Shown: positions 44,018-54,743 of the stretch, piece after piece
Position numbering within the stretch: the first letter of the stretch is position 1
Layout: every line of letters starts with the position of its first letter
Virus record (IMG/VR): IMGVR_UViG_3300031673_000004
Location: 64,485-128,484 of that record
Source of the DNA: a virus
Direction: 5' to 3' (one strand)
Length of the DNA stretch: 64,000 nucleotides
Notes under the pieces: model-generated
The model's database searches: none
What the model was told of the DNA's origin: nothing
The model's input: the letters and a program-made list of their open reading frames with translations, nothing else
Position numbers and translations under genes: made by a program

Positions 44018-45268
44018 TTATCCAATCTCCACTAAATATTTTATTGTCGTTTGATCAGGCTTATAAACGATAAATTCATTATTTCTAAGATCTGCACCCC
44101 CATGAGCAAACAAGGAATCATATTCTCCTCGTTTTCTCAAATTATTATAATCGAGAGAATACATCCAAGACTCATGTCGCTTTACGTGTAGCTGACTTCC
44201 CACATGAAAATCGAACAATGCTAAAAATCCTTTCCGTGAGTTACCCCGTGCCCAATAACTCCCAGACAAAGAGCAATAACCAATTGATTTCTGGGCCTTA
44301 TCTGCTCCGTAGCAGCCTGTCCCAAACATCGAGCCGGTCAGTACCACATTCGAAGGGCGAATCAACAACCCAGAATCAATAATGTTCCACCAATTTTCAT
44401 TGCGGGAACCATGCCAGTAGGTTTGTATCGTTTTATTTTTCGAGTTATTCACAGCTTTATTAAACTTATCTTGGGTTCGCTTATTGATAATCCGAAAAGC
44501 TTTCTTATATTGATTAGAATTATGCCCCAGGAACTTCCTAATGACCTGAATATCCCCATCCGAAGGGATTTCAATACCCAATCCCATAGCATCCAGGATA
44601 GTTGCCTGCTTGTTAGGCCCACTAGTCTGCTTCTGAGCAGTTGCAACGTTCACTTGCCCGCCCATAACATCGAGGGTAGCCTGTTCATTAGCGATCAAAC
44701 GCTGAACTTCTACCAAATTTCGGGAAGTAATGCAATCAACAGGCATATCTTTCATCTGGGGGTTTTGTTCATCGATAAGATGATACTGAACCTTCTTCAT
44801 TTTACGCGGAATGACCCGGTAAAGTTCAAGAAGCTTATCATTGATTACCTCAGTCCCTTTTCCAACGACTAAAAGAGGCACTAGATCATCCATAACAGCC
44901 TGAGCAGCAACAACCATTTGTGGAGTAACGGCTTCAGAACTGATAGTATAGTTCTGCTGCACAGATTTATTTGCAAACGCTTGGAGTTCCGTAACTATAG
45001 CTGCGACCGCAGGCATTCCAATTACAGAAAAGTCGGACTTAATAGCTTCCACCGAACGTAATTCGGTCATATCTACATAGCCCTTCTTCAATTTAGACTT
45101 GATTAGTGTCTCCCATTTCCTCTTTCCGACTGGATAATGGGTTACAGTAGAGGTGACATCGACCCGTCCCCAGGTTGATGTAATACTTCCATCGGGGTTT
45201 TCAACCATATCGTAGAATTTATTATGATTATCCGCCGACACGAAGATTAATTTTGCTACCCTACCCAT
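44018..45268 (-). CDS. PARP-family ADP-ribosyltransferase: WGR + regulatory + catalytic domains
   Basis: NHNKFY..TWGRV..KLKKGY; LYRVIP; YWHGSR, MFGTGCYGAD..KS.GY, NNEFIVY (H-Y-E). Confidence 0.92.
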   Translation of the reverse strand: MGRVAKLIFVSADNHNKFYDMVENPDGSITSTWGRVDVTSTVTHYPVGKRKWETLIKSKLKKGYVDMTELRSVEAIKSDFSVIGMPAVAAIVTELQAFANKSVQQNYTISSEAVTPQMVVAAQAVMDDLVPLLVVGKGTEVINDKLLELYRVIPRKMKKVQYHLIDEQNPQMKDMPVDCITSRNLVEVQRLIANEQATLDVMGGQVNVATAQKQTSGPNKQATILDAMGLGIEIPSDGDIQVIRKFLGHNSNQYKKAFRIINKRTQDKFNKAVNNSKNKTIQTYWHGSRNENWWNIIDSGLLIRPSNVVLTGSMFGTGCYGADKAQKSIGYCSLSGSYWARGNSRKGFLALFDFHVGSQLHVKRHESWMYSLDYNNLRKRGEYDSLFAHGGADLRNNEFIVYKPDQTTIKYLVEIG

Positions 45269-45323
45269 GTTCCTGCTCCTCTCACCTTACATTGTAGGGA
45301 TTATCGGTCATTTAGTAAAGTAA

Positions 45324-45677
45324 TTATTTCTTAGAATCAGGAATTACTGCTTGTTTCGGTTCTATCCCTGCATCTTTTAGGTTTTGCCACACCTCTGCTC
45401 GGGTAGTATCACTGTTTAGTAGTGCATCCAGTCGGCCTGCATCATTTGCGCATTCCATAGCAGCGATTTTGTTACCCAAACGAAGCAAAAGAGTGGCAAT
45501 CCCAGCAATTTTCCATTTCGCTTCTATGATTCCATCTAAAGTATATTGACTTAACCCATCGATCATGATCTGTTTGTTTAGTTCTTTAGCAATAATAGCT
45601 ATTTTTCCGTGTGTTTTCGGTGCTAATTTAGCTTTTCCGACTGGTTTTTTGGCCATTTTTACCTCAAAAACACCCAT
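45324..45677 (-). CDS. Hypothetical protein
   Basis: ORF; likely start at MAKK. Confidence 0.6.
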   Translation of the reverse strand: MGVFEVKMAKKPVGKAKLAPKTHGKIAIIAKELNKQIMIDGLSQYTLDGIIEAKWKIAGIATLLLRLGNKIAAMECANDAGRLDALLNSDTTRAEVWQNLKDAGIEPKQAVIPDSKK

Positions 45678-45933
45678 AATATAGGTATTTATAGCGTTAT
45701 TTACTAAGAATATCCCTAACTTTCCTTCTTTTATGCATCTTTTGACTTAAAATTACCTGATTCTACCTCTTTTTTAGCGAAAATACGCCTTAAATGGTCA
45801 GAATACCGTTCAAATCCATCTTTATAGCGACTAAACCCGTTTATTTTCCATGATTTGCACAATAAACAGCCAGATCTACGGTTTTTTGGTCTTTTTCTCT
45901 TGTGATTTGCCATATTTTCTCTTAAAATATGCT

Positions 45934-46482
45934 TTAATCAACTAAAACGGCTACAGAAAGCACCGTAGTCCACAGTTTATCCTTATTACACAAGCAAGAT
46001 TGAGTAATATTGGAAGTTCTGACTATTTTCTTACTCATTTTGAATATATCTCTTCTTTTATCATACGCTTCATCGGCCTCAAAGTCAATTCCAAGTGTAG
46101 ATGCCAGCATAGATGCTGCTAAATCCTCTGCATAGTCACCGGAGACTTTCTCTGACTGCCCAAAACCATGGTGCTCACTAATATATCCATAGGAATTACT
46201 ATCTGATGGCAGTGCAATCCCAATTGAGGCACTCATAAGCCTGTTTGGCTCATTGTCTGAGTTACGAGCGAGTACACAGTGGAGTATTTGGCCTGTAATT
46301 AAGCTGTTTAACCCCTTTTTCCTTGAAATAATCTTTGCGTTTGGAGGAAGTATGCTTGAAACATTCACTATATTGTATTTTTCTATCCCTGCTTTGCGCA
46401 AAGCTAGTTCAAATGATGCCAATTTCTCTCTATGTTTTCCAACTCCCTTAGTTAAAAATACTTTATTTGGAACGATTGGCAT
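45934..46482 (-). CDS. pdaD: Pyruvoyl-dependent arginine decarboxylase
   Basis: PNKVFLTKGVG, SFELALR.AGI..YNIV.VSSILPP (self-cleavage SS), YGYISEHH. Confidence 0.92.
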   Translation of the reverse strand: MPIVPNKVFLTKGVGKHREKLASFELALRKAGIEKYNIVNVSSILPPNAKIISRKKGLNSLITGQILHCVLARNSDNEPNRLMSASIGIALPSDSNSYGYISEHHGFGQSEKVSGDYAEDLAASMLASTLGIDFEADEAYDKRRDIFKMSKKIVRTSNITQSCLCNKDKLWTTVLSVAVLVD

Positions 46483-46558
46483 TTATTTCTCCTGTTGCAA
46501 TTCCTAATGTTATTATACTTCAAATTTCATGTCATTTATACTTTTATTTGATTTTGGT

Positions 46559-47332
46559 TCATTTTTCAAAAAATTGACAGTATTCAAAATCATTTTTGCT
46601 AATTCCATACTTCTTTTTATGTACGATACACCCACTTTCCCCATACGAGTTTTTACATCTGTGGCCATCTACTTTACATGGACATATTGACCAGCTTATC
46701 TTTGTCTGAGCCACGTACTTCATCGTATTTTTCACTTCTTTATACTCATAAACAAAATCTATTACAACCTGTACTGGATTATACACTACATATTCTGCAT
46801 AAGCTAAATGTCCTCTGTACAATCCTTTAATCTCTGTTCCACCCTTGGCAACTAGGGAGTCAAATCCATGTATTTTCAAATAATCTTCCTGACTACCAGA
46901 CTTCTCTGGGTAATATGGTTTTCCTAGTGCAATTCTACCTTCAAGTAAATATTTGTAATGAGCACCGTCCCTATAAATAGTCCTGGCATGCCCCCACGCT
47001 TTTATTGGGTTTGGTGCTGTATAGATACCCCTACCAAATAACCCAAGACTCCAGCCCCTTCCTCCTGGCTTAAGCGATTGTATAGCGATCCATGCAATAC
47101 TATTTTGGGACGTGCCATGATAGCACCGCTGAACATTTCCAATCGCTTCCCATTCGTTAGGAACATACTTTTGAACGCGGTTTTCCCACACAGCAGATTG
47201 TGCATACCCATAGAAAGTTGGTCCAATAGCCGCTGCTTCTACAAAGCGTCTATTCCCACAGAAAATATCGTCTGTAGACTTATTTACTTTACCTGTAGGA
47301 ACAGGTTTCGATCTTTTTCTACTGCGTGCCAT
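46559..47332 (-). CDS. Second PARP-like ADP-ribosyltransferase catalytic domain with Cys-rich C-terminus
   Basis: CYHGTS, LFGRGIYTAP, FDSL, YAEYVVYNP.QV. Confidence 0.85.
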   Translation of the reverse strand: MARSRKRSKPVPTGKVNKSTDDIFCGNRRFVEAAAIGPTFYGYAQSAVWENRVQKYVPNEWEAIGNVQRCYHGTSQNSIAWIAIQSLKPGGRGWSLGLFGRGIYTAPNPIKAWGHARTIYRDGAHYKYLLEGRIALGKPYYPEKSGSQEDYLKIHGFDSLVAKGGTEIKGLYRGHLAYAEYVVYNPVQVVIDFVYEYKEVKNTMKYVAQTKISWSICPCKVDGHRCKNSYGESGCIVHKKKYGISKNDFEYCQFFEK

Positions 47333-48809
47333 ACGGAACTTCCCAAACTTTGCATTTGGAAGGATTATTAGCAGCAACTTCCGCTAATCGGGCACCAAGA
47401 GTGCATAATGCGTCATGATATTTAGACGAAAGATGATCGCCTGAGTATTCATGGGCAAATTCATGGATAAGCAACGCATTCATCTTGATAGAAGCTACAT
47501 TTTCGAACCATTTATATCCTAAACGAGATACATTGACAGTTAATCTATTCTCACCATAGGCTGCAGAAAAATTCCAACTCCGATCATTGGCAATTGTAAT
47601 ATTTATATTAGCTTCAATTAATTCCTTGGAAATCCATTGTGTATATTTGATAAATTCACGTATTCCATCCGTATATTTTTCTTCTGGAAGTATTTTTAGT
47701 GGTTTACCATTGGGATCAAATGGTTTTGGACTTGGAGTCACCCTTCCAGACGGCAATGCTAAGCTAATCCCGGATTGTTGAGCTTTTCGAATATTATTCC
47801 ATTCACCCTGGTTCATTGAACGCCCGGAAATAACTGTATAGCCCTTCGACACAGCCAGCTTATTTGCTTCTGAATCGCTTGGGTCATACGCAACAGCCTT
47901 TGTACCAAATCGGCACGTCACAGCGGTCTTTATAGCCTCTGTAGTGCACCTTTCATCCGACGTTGCCTCCCGGATCCAAGTATCATTGGCCTCGTCTTTA
48001 TCAATGAATCCATGCATCGCATTGAACACTAAAGTTCGGAGAGTTCGCAGATATGCTGGCGTTATATTATCTCTATTGAAGTTCAATGGGATTTTTTGCC
48101 CAATGTCCACATGATATTTATCAAATGTTTCTACAACCGGGATTCCCATCTCATAAACAGATGCCGGTTCACCATTATTAGTCGCATAGATAGAAACAGC
48201 GGTTTTCCTAACTGTTTTCTTAAGATTTCCTTCTTCATCGGAAATCTCAGTTGGCAGTGCTGCCTCAAAAGAAGTAAGGTAGCTTCTAGTTTTTAATTCA
48301 GTACCATTTATAGTTGTTTTTATAGTTACAGGAGGAATAAGCAAATCGATTTTGCGTATAACTTCATTGTATTCCTCTCTGGTCATACGAAGCTCACCTT
48401 CAAAGTAAGATCCTTTCTCTGTCCTATGATTAGATTTCGAGCGCGTATCTAATCCGTCCTGTTCATTGAATTCATATGAGCCGGTAGTGCTGACGATTTT
48501 AGCCCAATGGCACAGGGAAAGGACTAACTTCTCCCCCAGGTTGAACCTACCACGTTTAGTAGGGTCATCCTTCTTTTCACTTTCAGCAAATAACGTAAAC
48601 GCATGACTCAAATCCTTAAACCCATCAGGATCATCATCAGTAACTTTAATATAGACACGAGGCTTCCCCGAGATAGGCTGCAGGACAACATCTACATAGC
48701 TTGCACGACTGTCCCAGCCGTTCTGAATAAGCTCAATAACTATAAAGGACTTACCACGCTTTTCTAGTAATTTTGCTAGTCCCTTTCTGTCTACATCAAA
48801 CCATCCCAT
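47319..48809 (-). CDS. GHKL (HATPase_c) ATPase with C-terminal HExxH zincin-like motif
   Basis: ELIQNGWDS, VTDDDPDGF, GRFNLGEK; LLIHEFAHE. Confidence 0.8.
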   Translation of the reverse strand: MGWFDVDRKGLAKLLEKRGKSFIVIELIQNGWDSRASYVDVVLQPISGKPRVYIKVTDDDPDGFKDLSHAFTLFAESEKKDDPTKRGRFNLGEKLVLSLCHWAKIVSTTGSYEFNEQDGLDTRSKSNHRTEKGSYFEGELRMTREEYNEVIRKIDLLIPPVTIKTTINGTELKTRSYLTSFEAALPTEISDEEGNLKKTVRKTAVSIYATNNGEPASVYEMGIPVVETFDKYHVDIGQKIPLNFNRDNITPAYLRTLRTLVFNAMHGFIDKDEANDTWIREATSDERCTTEAIKTAVTCRFGTKAVAYDPSDSEANKLAVSKGYTVISGRSMNQGEWNNIRKAQQSGISLALPSGRVTPSPKPFDPNGKPLKILPEEKYTDGIREFIKYTQWISKELIEANINITIANDRSWNFSAAYGENRLTVNVSRLGYKWFENVASIKMNALLIHEFAHEYSGDHLSSKYHDALCTLGARLAEVAANNPSKCKVWEVPYGTQ

Positions 48810-49006
48810 AATATCTCTCCCTGCATTATGTTACTATGCTATTATAGGGATTGTTTCTTAGTTTGTAAACTTAAAGTTATTACTTTATAAACAATCACTT
48901 AGCTATTAACAATAAAAATGGTTGCTGAAGTTATGCCAGTGCCTGCCCAGCGCTATCGTCTTCCGGACTACAGGCTGCCGGAGACTTTTCCCCTTCAGCA
49001 ACCATT

Positions 49007-49243
49007 TCACATTTTATCCTTTTTAGTAATTGTTATAGTAAATTCTTTTGGAAAATCTAAATGTAGGTCGAATACCAGTAAAATGATAACCCAGTCATTA
49101 TTTACTTCTACAATCGTATACTGTACATCTTGTTCTTCTAATTTTACCCCTGCAGTTTCTGCTTTTTTATTTAATAATACTATTCCACGTTGGACATCTT
49201 CATTAAAAACAGATACTGCAGTTGCTTTGTACGATTTAAACAT
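49007..49243 (-). CDS. Hypothetical protein
   Basis: 78-aa ORF. Confidence 0.55.
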   Translation of the reverse strand: MFKSYKATAVSVFNEDVQRGIVLLNKKAETAGVKLEEQDVQYTIVEVNNDWVIILLVFDLHLDFPKEFTITITKKDKM

Positions 49244-49366
49244 GTTTCTTTTCAGAACTCTTTTTATTTAACCTTTTTTGAATCCGTTCACGTCTTTTGT
49301 TCCTTCTGTTTTCTTTTATTTTTTTCTTTTTACTTTTTCGCATTTTGACTCCGAGATCAGGTTGTT

Positions 49367-49930
49367 TCAGTTTAGATATCCACCCCTACGAGTGGGTGGA
49401 AATAGATTAGCAAATCTTCCTTCATAATTGTTTGTTTCTACTGGTTTTTGAATATCTAAAGATTCTTTTCCATGTGCATCTTTTTCCTTTGTAAATACTC
49501 CTGTAATCATATATTGATCTCCAGTATACCATTCGCATTGCACGATAAGCGCTTCTTCTTTATTTTCAGATTCAGCTACTGGGGTATTTCCATCTATTTC
49601 TCCTGTTTGCATTTCAGTTGCAGACGCCTTACGCAAAACGGCTGCTGAAGCCATTGCAATTCCTTGAACATCTTGTTCTTTAGCGATTTTTCTGAGTATG
49701 AAGCTTAGGCCATCTCTGCGTTTAGAGCTACTTATAAAATCAGTTACATCGATAATAAGACACGCTACATTTGTAAATATAAATACTGTAGGACTCAAGC
49801 CAGTATCACCCACAATATATTGAACAGTTTGTTCAAATAACTGTTGCGAAACACTTTTTGCATTTTCGGTAGAAAATTTAAACAAATCAAGCGGGATTAT
49901 GTCTACCGGCACACCAAAAAGATTATTCAT
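49367..49930 (-). CDS. Hypothetical protein
   Basis: 187-aa ORF. Confidence 0.7.
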   Translation of the reverse strand: MNNLFGVPVDIIPLDLFKFSTENAKSVSQQLFEQTVQYIVGDTGLSPTVFIFTNVACLIIDVTDFISSSKRRDGLSFILRKIAKEQDVQGIAMASAAVLRKASATEMQTGEIDGNTPVAESENKEEALIVQCEWYTGDQYMITGVFTKEKDAHGKESLDIQKPVETNNYEGRFANLFPPTRRGGYLN

Positions 49931-50078
49931 TGATATTTTCCATCATTTAATCTGTGAACTACATGAACAATTTCTGAATAATCGATAAAATCAAAGTCAA
50001 TGCAATCTCCGTCAAACATAAGAGATACTTTTATACGATTATTTTCATGCTCAAGCTTTAATCGCAAATAGTTTTTAA

Positions 50079-50306
50079 TCATCTCTTTGAAACTAGCTTT
50101 ATCCATTTTAATTCTTTTTGCAAATCATCTAATGAGACAGATGAATCTTCAACAACGTCGTGAAGCATTGCAACAGTTTTTATTAACTCATCTTCATTTC
50201 TAAGTATGTACAAAAGACGAATTGGGTGGCGTAAATAGAGGCCACCATCTTTTTCAAATTGCCCAGCATGTGCTTTTTCAGCTATTTTAATCGCTCTTTT
50301 TAGCAT
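50079..50306 (-). pseudogene. Truncated RelA/SpoT-type (Mesh1/HD_4) hydrolase
   Basis: AEKAHAGQ..K.G..Y..HP, AMLHDVVED; ends before the K.AD..N motif. Confidence 0.65.
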
Positions 50307-50324
50307 GCAAAACCTCCGACAGTG

Positions 50325-50392
50325 AAGATATGCATGATCTAATGGAATGTCAACAAAAAATCATTGACAATGCAAATTTTAATGCGTATAAA
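50325..50392. promoter_or_regulatory. Divergent sigma70-type promoter pair
   Basis: Minus: TTGACA-N17-TATCTT; plus: TTGACA-N17-TATAAA. Confidence 0.7.
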
Positions 50393-50409
50393 ATGTCTGG
50401 AGGTTACAA

Positions 50410-51582
50410 GTGGAGTTTGACATTAAAGCAAGAACCCATTTTCTTTGCGTGACAGGTTCCCACGCATTTGGAACCGCCATAAAGACTAGTGACATTGATT
50501 TAAAAGGATTTGCTACTCCTCCTATTGATCACTTGCTCTCTCCATATAAACATTTTGAACAACATGATGAACAATACAAATTAAAGGATTATCCTTTTGA
50601 TGTTGAAGTAATGTATTATACAAATAAATATGGGATAAAAACAAACCCGGAAGAAATATTAGATCAAAGTATTTATGCATTGGATAAGTTTTTCAAATTG
50701 GCATCAGATTGTAATCCAAACATTATGTCCATCTTGTTTGCCGATAGAGATAATATTTTGTTTTCAGATGACATTGCAGATGAACTTCGCAAATATAAAT
50801 ATGCATTTCTGTCCGCTAAAGTAAGATTTACATATAGTGGTTATGCCTATGCACAGTTAAAACGTATAAGATCCCATAGAAAATGGCTATTGAAGCCTAT
50901 TGACCATAAGCCAACCCGAGAGGAATTCGGGCTACCGGAATTTTCAACTATTCCGGCAGATCAAAGGGGTGCAGCGGAAAAGTTGGTCGAGAAACTATCA
51001 CGAGAATGGTTGTTAGAGGAACTTGATATAGAACGTTCGGTACTCTTTAACCTTCAACAAAATTTAGCTGACTTTATTGCCTCTTTGCAATCAAACCACG
51101 AGGATCTTGGAAAGACAGCACGACTTTTAGCTATGAAACGAATGGGTATGACAGATAATTTCATACAAGTCTTGCAAGCGGAAAAAGCATACAAGGCAGC
51201 GCATACAGAATGGAAACAATATCAGGAATGGATCAGAAACAGAAATCCAGCTAGGGCAATCCTGGAAGCACAATGTGGTTACGACTCGAAACATGCCTAT
51301 CATCTTGTAAGATTAATCAGAATGTGCAAGGAAATTATGCTAACTGGTAATGTAATGGTAAAACGAGCAGACGCTGCTGAACTACTAGAAATTAGAAATG
51401 GTTCTTGGACCTATGATGAATTAATTTCTTGGGCTGAAGAAGAAGATAAAGAATTAGAAAATATTTATAGAGAAAAACAATATGTTGTTCCACATAAACC
51501 AGATATAAAATTTTTGAATGACCTTTGCGTTAAACTGCACCAAAAAGTTTTTGATAAAGATACAAACAGGAGTGCCTTATGA
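50410..51582 (+). CDS. RlaP/YcgL-like Pol-beta nucleotidyltransferase (Nuc-transf family)
   Basis: TGSHAFG..SDIDLKG, CNPNI, YSGYA..QL, GYDSKHAYHLVRL, LLEIRNG. Confidence 0.88.
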   Translation: MEFDIKARTHFLCVTGSHAFGTAIKTSDIDLKGFATPPIDHLLSPYKHFEQHDEQYKLKDYPFDVEVMYYTNKYGIKTNPEEILDQSIYALDKFFKLASDCNPNIMSILFADRDNILFSDDIADELRKYKYAFLSAKVRFTYSGYAYAQLKRIRSHRKWLLKPIDHKPTREEFGLPEFSTIPADQRGAAEKLVEKLSREWLLEELDIERSVLFNLQQNLADFIASLQSNHEDLGKTARLLAMKRMGMTDNFIQVLQAEKAYKAAHTEWKQYQEWIRNRNPARAILEAQCGYDSKHAYHLVRLIRMCKEIMLTGNVMVKRADAAELLEIRNGSWTYDELISWAEEEDKELENIYREKQYVVPHKPDIKFLNDLCVKLHQKVFDKDTNRSAL

Positions 51583-51815
51583 CGAGAGATGAAGTAGATT
51601 GCTTATTAGAAGATTGTAGCCTGGATCCGAAAATGACTCCAGCATGGACAGATACGACGCATTGGACAAAGACTACTCGGAGCTTATGCAAAGAGCTTCT
51701 GAGCGCCTGGGATGCCTTAGAAGCCATTGCAAAACATCAACGAATAATTAGTGGAACAACCTTACAAACTTCAGCAGAACGAATCGCACTTGAGGCACTT
51801 TCTAAGTCAAAATGA
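51579..51815 (+). CDS. Hypothetical protein
   Basis: ATGA overlap, AGGAG RBS. Confidence 0.6.
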   Translation: MTRDEVDCLLEDCSLDPKMTPAWTDTTHWTKTTRSLCKELLSAWDALEAIAKHQRIISGTTLQTSAERIALEALSKSK

Positions 51816-54027
51816 ACTGAAAATATTAATTAGAATCTCTTGTGCTCTCAATTTAGCTTCTTCCGCAGTTTCAAAATATTTACCCGATGTATTTTTAAAA
51901 AGCAATGAGTGACTTGCTGAAAAATAAATTTGCCAGAAGTCATCATCCTTTGATACTTCAGCAAAAACAAATTCTATACCATTAACAAATGCACTGAGTT
52001 TATTCTCAGCGTATTCTACACCATTTCTCCACTGTAATTTATTCTTCTTCGTCATTTTCAGGATCAAAAACAGTACTGGTTGAATATCCTAAAGTATCAC
52101 CGACTACATAACTAAAAACTCCAATGGAACAGTTACAATCCTTATTTTTACATCTTACTACGCAACTTATCTCGTTTGAATTAAATACTATTATTTGAGA
52201 CTCATCACATTTTGGGCAATTTATCGTAATGTAATTAGTCGGCATCTTATTCTATTTCGGCTTCTGATAAAATTTGTAGTATGTCTGAACTATCCTGCTG
52301 ATATGACGTCAGTCCTTCCAGGGCAGATTTTATTATTTGACCTAAACGTCGTTCATTTACTCTTGCAGGACATTCAAAACTATCCGGATCACGATTGGGG
52401 CAAAGCCTGTGCGGGCACATCATGCAAGTTTCTTCAGCCCCGGTAGCTTCCTGGTACATTGTCTTAGCCATCATTTTACCTCTTCCCCTTTTTTCTTCCG
52501 GTAGATCGAATACAGGTAATTGTTTAATCAAGTCAAAATATCTTTCATCTATCTGGCACACTACCCCAGGTGGCGTTGCTTCAACTAGTTGACCTGCATC
52601 ATTTTCTATTATGTATCGCATCCTCTATTCTTTTTATTTGTTTTGGGTCACTCATACGTTTCTTCTAAAAGTTTTTCTGCATTTTTAGTTAAATACTTGG
52701 ATAATTTTACAAAATTCTTAGATTCCGTATCAGTATTAAATCCACGAAATTTGCAACGAGCAGGATAAACGTCTGTTATTTTGCCATTATCAAATTCATA
52801 TACAATCGCCCACCCAAAAAGGTGTAGTGTTCTATTGATCCACCAAAGCAGTCCATTGTTTCTGAAAGTAGCCCAACTTTGTTTCTTTATCATTTTTTTC
52901 TTAGCCATAAATATCTCCTTCAAAGCTTCCGTTGGTGGTGTGGATTCTCTATAAGATCGATGATCTTTAGCATAGATTCTTTAGTTACAAGTACCATTAG
53001 TTACATTATACTTACAAACTTAGGGAAAGTTATCTGACAAGCATTCCAGACAATACGGTGCTACTCCCCCTGCTTTACCGTAAGGACGGTATTCCCATCC
53101 ATCCGGTAGTCGTGTAACATTGGCAGCGTTTATCTTACCTGCCTCTGTGTAGTCAAAAGTAACTTCACAGTGATCTTCTTTTTTGCACTTCATACAGGTT
53201 ATTTCCCGGATAGATATATATTTACTTTTATCAGGTTCAGGATCCTCATCTAAACAGGAAGCTAATTTCCATTTTATACATTTGGATTCTTTCCACCAAT
53301 CATCCACACAGACTGGATTAGCCCCATCATAATCATCTCGATCACAGTCGTTAGTATCAGCTAATGGTCCAAATTTTCCTGCATACTCACACGTCCCACA
53401 ACCACCAAGTAGTGGTTGCACAAAGACTGACCACATTTCGTCTTTATTCATTGGACTTTCCTCCATGAATAACGTTCAATTTGATTGGCTTTTCTATCAT
53501 AAAGAAGACTCCATGCCTTTTTCCGTATTTTTGAGCATATTCAATATCCTGAGAATTGTAATATGATGGTATTACTGCGCCTCTCCTAATAAATTCAATA
53601 ATATCCCTGGATATTCTATCTTTTATTTCTTTTATCCGCCCATTTTCTTTACCAGCTAAATAACCCATAACGAGTCCCATCAGAAATGTAACAAGACTTA
53701 TACAGACTGAAAAAATAGTGGGTTAATTTGAGATGCTTGTTCCATTTAATTAGTGCTCCATTAAATTATTTCAAATCTTGTTAACCAACCCTGATCGTTT
53801 GTATTTCTTGGTACTTCTTTTATAAACTTATGGTCTTCCATTGCCTGCACTGTTGAAAAGGGAACTGTTATACTCTTTCCATCTGCCATTAGACCCCCCT
53901 TCTGCATCCAACAACGTACTGAGGCACCTGTCCGCAGTATTCCCAGTTCCCATCCATTACACAGTAAATCCAAAATTGATTTTTGAAATTCACTGGGCTC
54001 CTTAGTTTTTAGCTCATTCTTTTTCAT
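51807..54027 (-). other. Run of small hypothetical genes (51807-52067, 52039-52245, 52247-52621, 52648-52923, 53020-53466, 53444-53680, 53761-54027), several Cys-rich
   Basis: Densely packed ORFs with RBSs; no recognised family. Confidence 0.6.
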
Positions 54028-54075
54028 ACCAGAAAGATAATTCCTGTTTGGTCGTTTGTCAACCAGTCTCTACTT

Positions 54076-54699
54076 TTATCTTACAAAATCCTTATGTTTA
54101 ATTTTAGTAATAATCCGGTCACCCCTCCTTGAAAATAATTCAACAGTTGGGCGTAGAACCATCCCTTCTGCAGGAAAATCTCCCCATAAAGATGTCAAGC
54201 CAGATTTGACCATTTCAATTGCCCCCAAGAGCTTTCCTAGATAAACAACAGGAACAATGTCTATTCCTAATCTCCCAGCAATATCCATAATGTTCTTTCG
54301 TTCCAGCCAATAATCACCAATTTTTATATCAAATAAAACAAAATCTACTCCATCAGATTTATATTTTCCACCACTCTGAATTTTTGTACCGTACCCTTCT
54401 CCATATAAGCACATTGGAGTATCTAAATATAAATGTTTGAAATGTGCGACTGGAAATAATTCAGCCAGTCGTATTAGCAATTTTGGAGGCATCATTGCAT
54501 TATCTGTTTTCCCTTGAAAAAGAACTTTACCATCTTGCCAAACAATACGAACGTTCATTCCATTGATCTTTTCCGTCCCTTCCCAACTACAGTCTTTCAA
54601 ATATTCAAACTCAGGAAGAGAAAATTGTCCTTCTATTATTTTCCTTGGTTTTTCCGGTTCCCGTTTATACACAGTTTGAATTTTATGATATTCAGTCAT
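54076..54699 (-). CDS. Rnl2-family RNA ligase (adenylyltransferase domain)
   Basis: EKINGMN (motif I), LYGEGYG, FVLFDI, AEGMVLRP, IITKIK. Confidence 0.88.
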   Translation of the reverse strand: MTEYHKIQTVYKREPEKPRKIIEGQFSLPEFEYLKDCSWEGTEKINGMNVRIVWQDGKVLFQGKTDNAMMPPKLLIRLAELFPVAHFKHLYLDTPMCLYGEGYGTKIQSGGKYKSDGVDFVLFDIKIGDYWLERKNIMDIAGRLGIDIVPVVYLGKLLGAIEMVKSGLTSLWGDFPAEGMVLRPTVELFSRRGDRIITKIKHKDFVR

Positions 54700-54743
54700 T
54701 ATTTTTCTCCATAGTAACGACCACTTTGTCAATCAGTTTTCGT

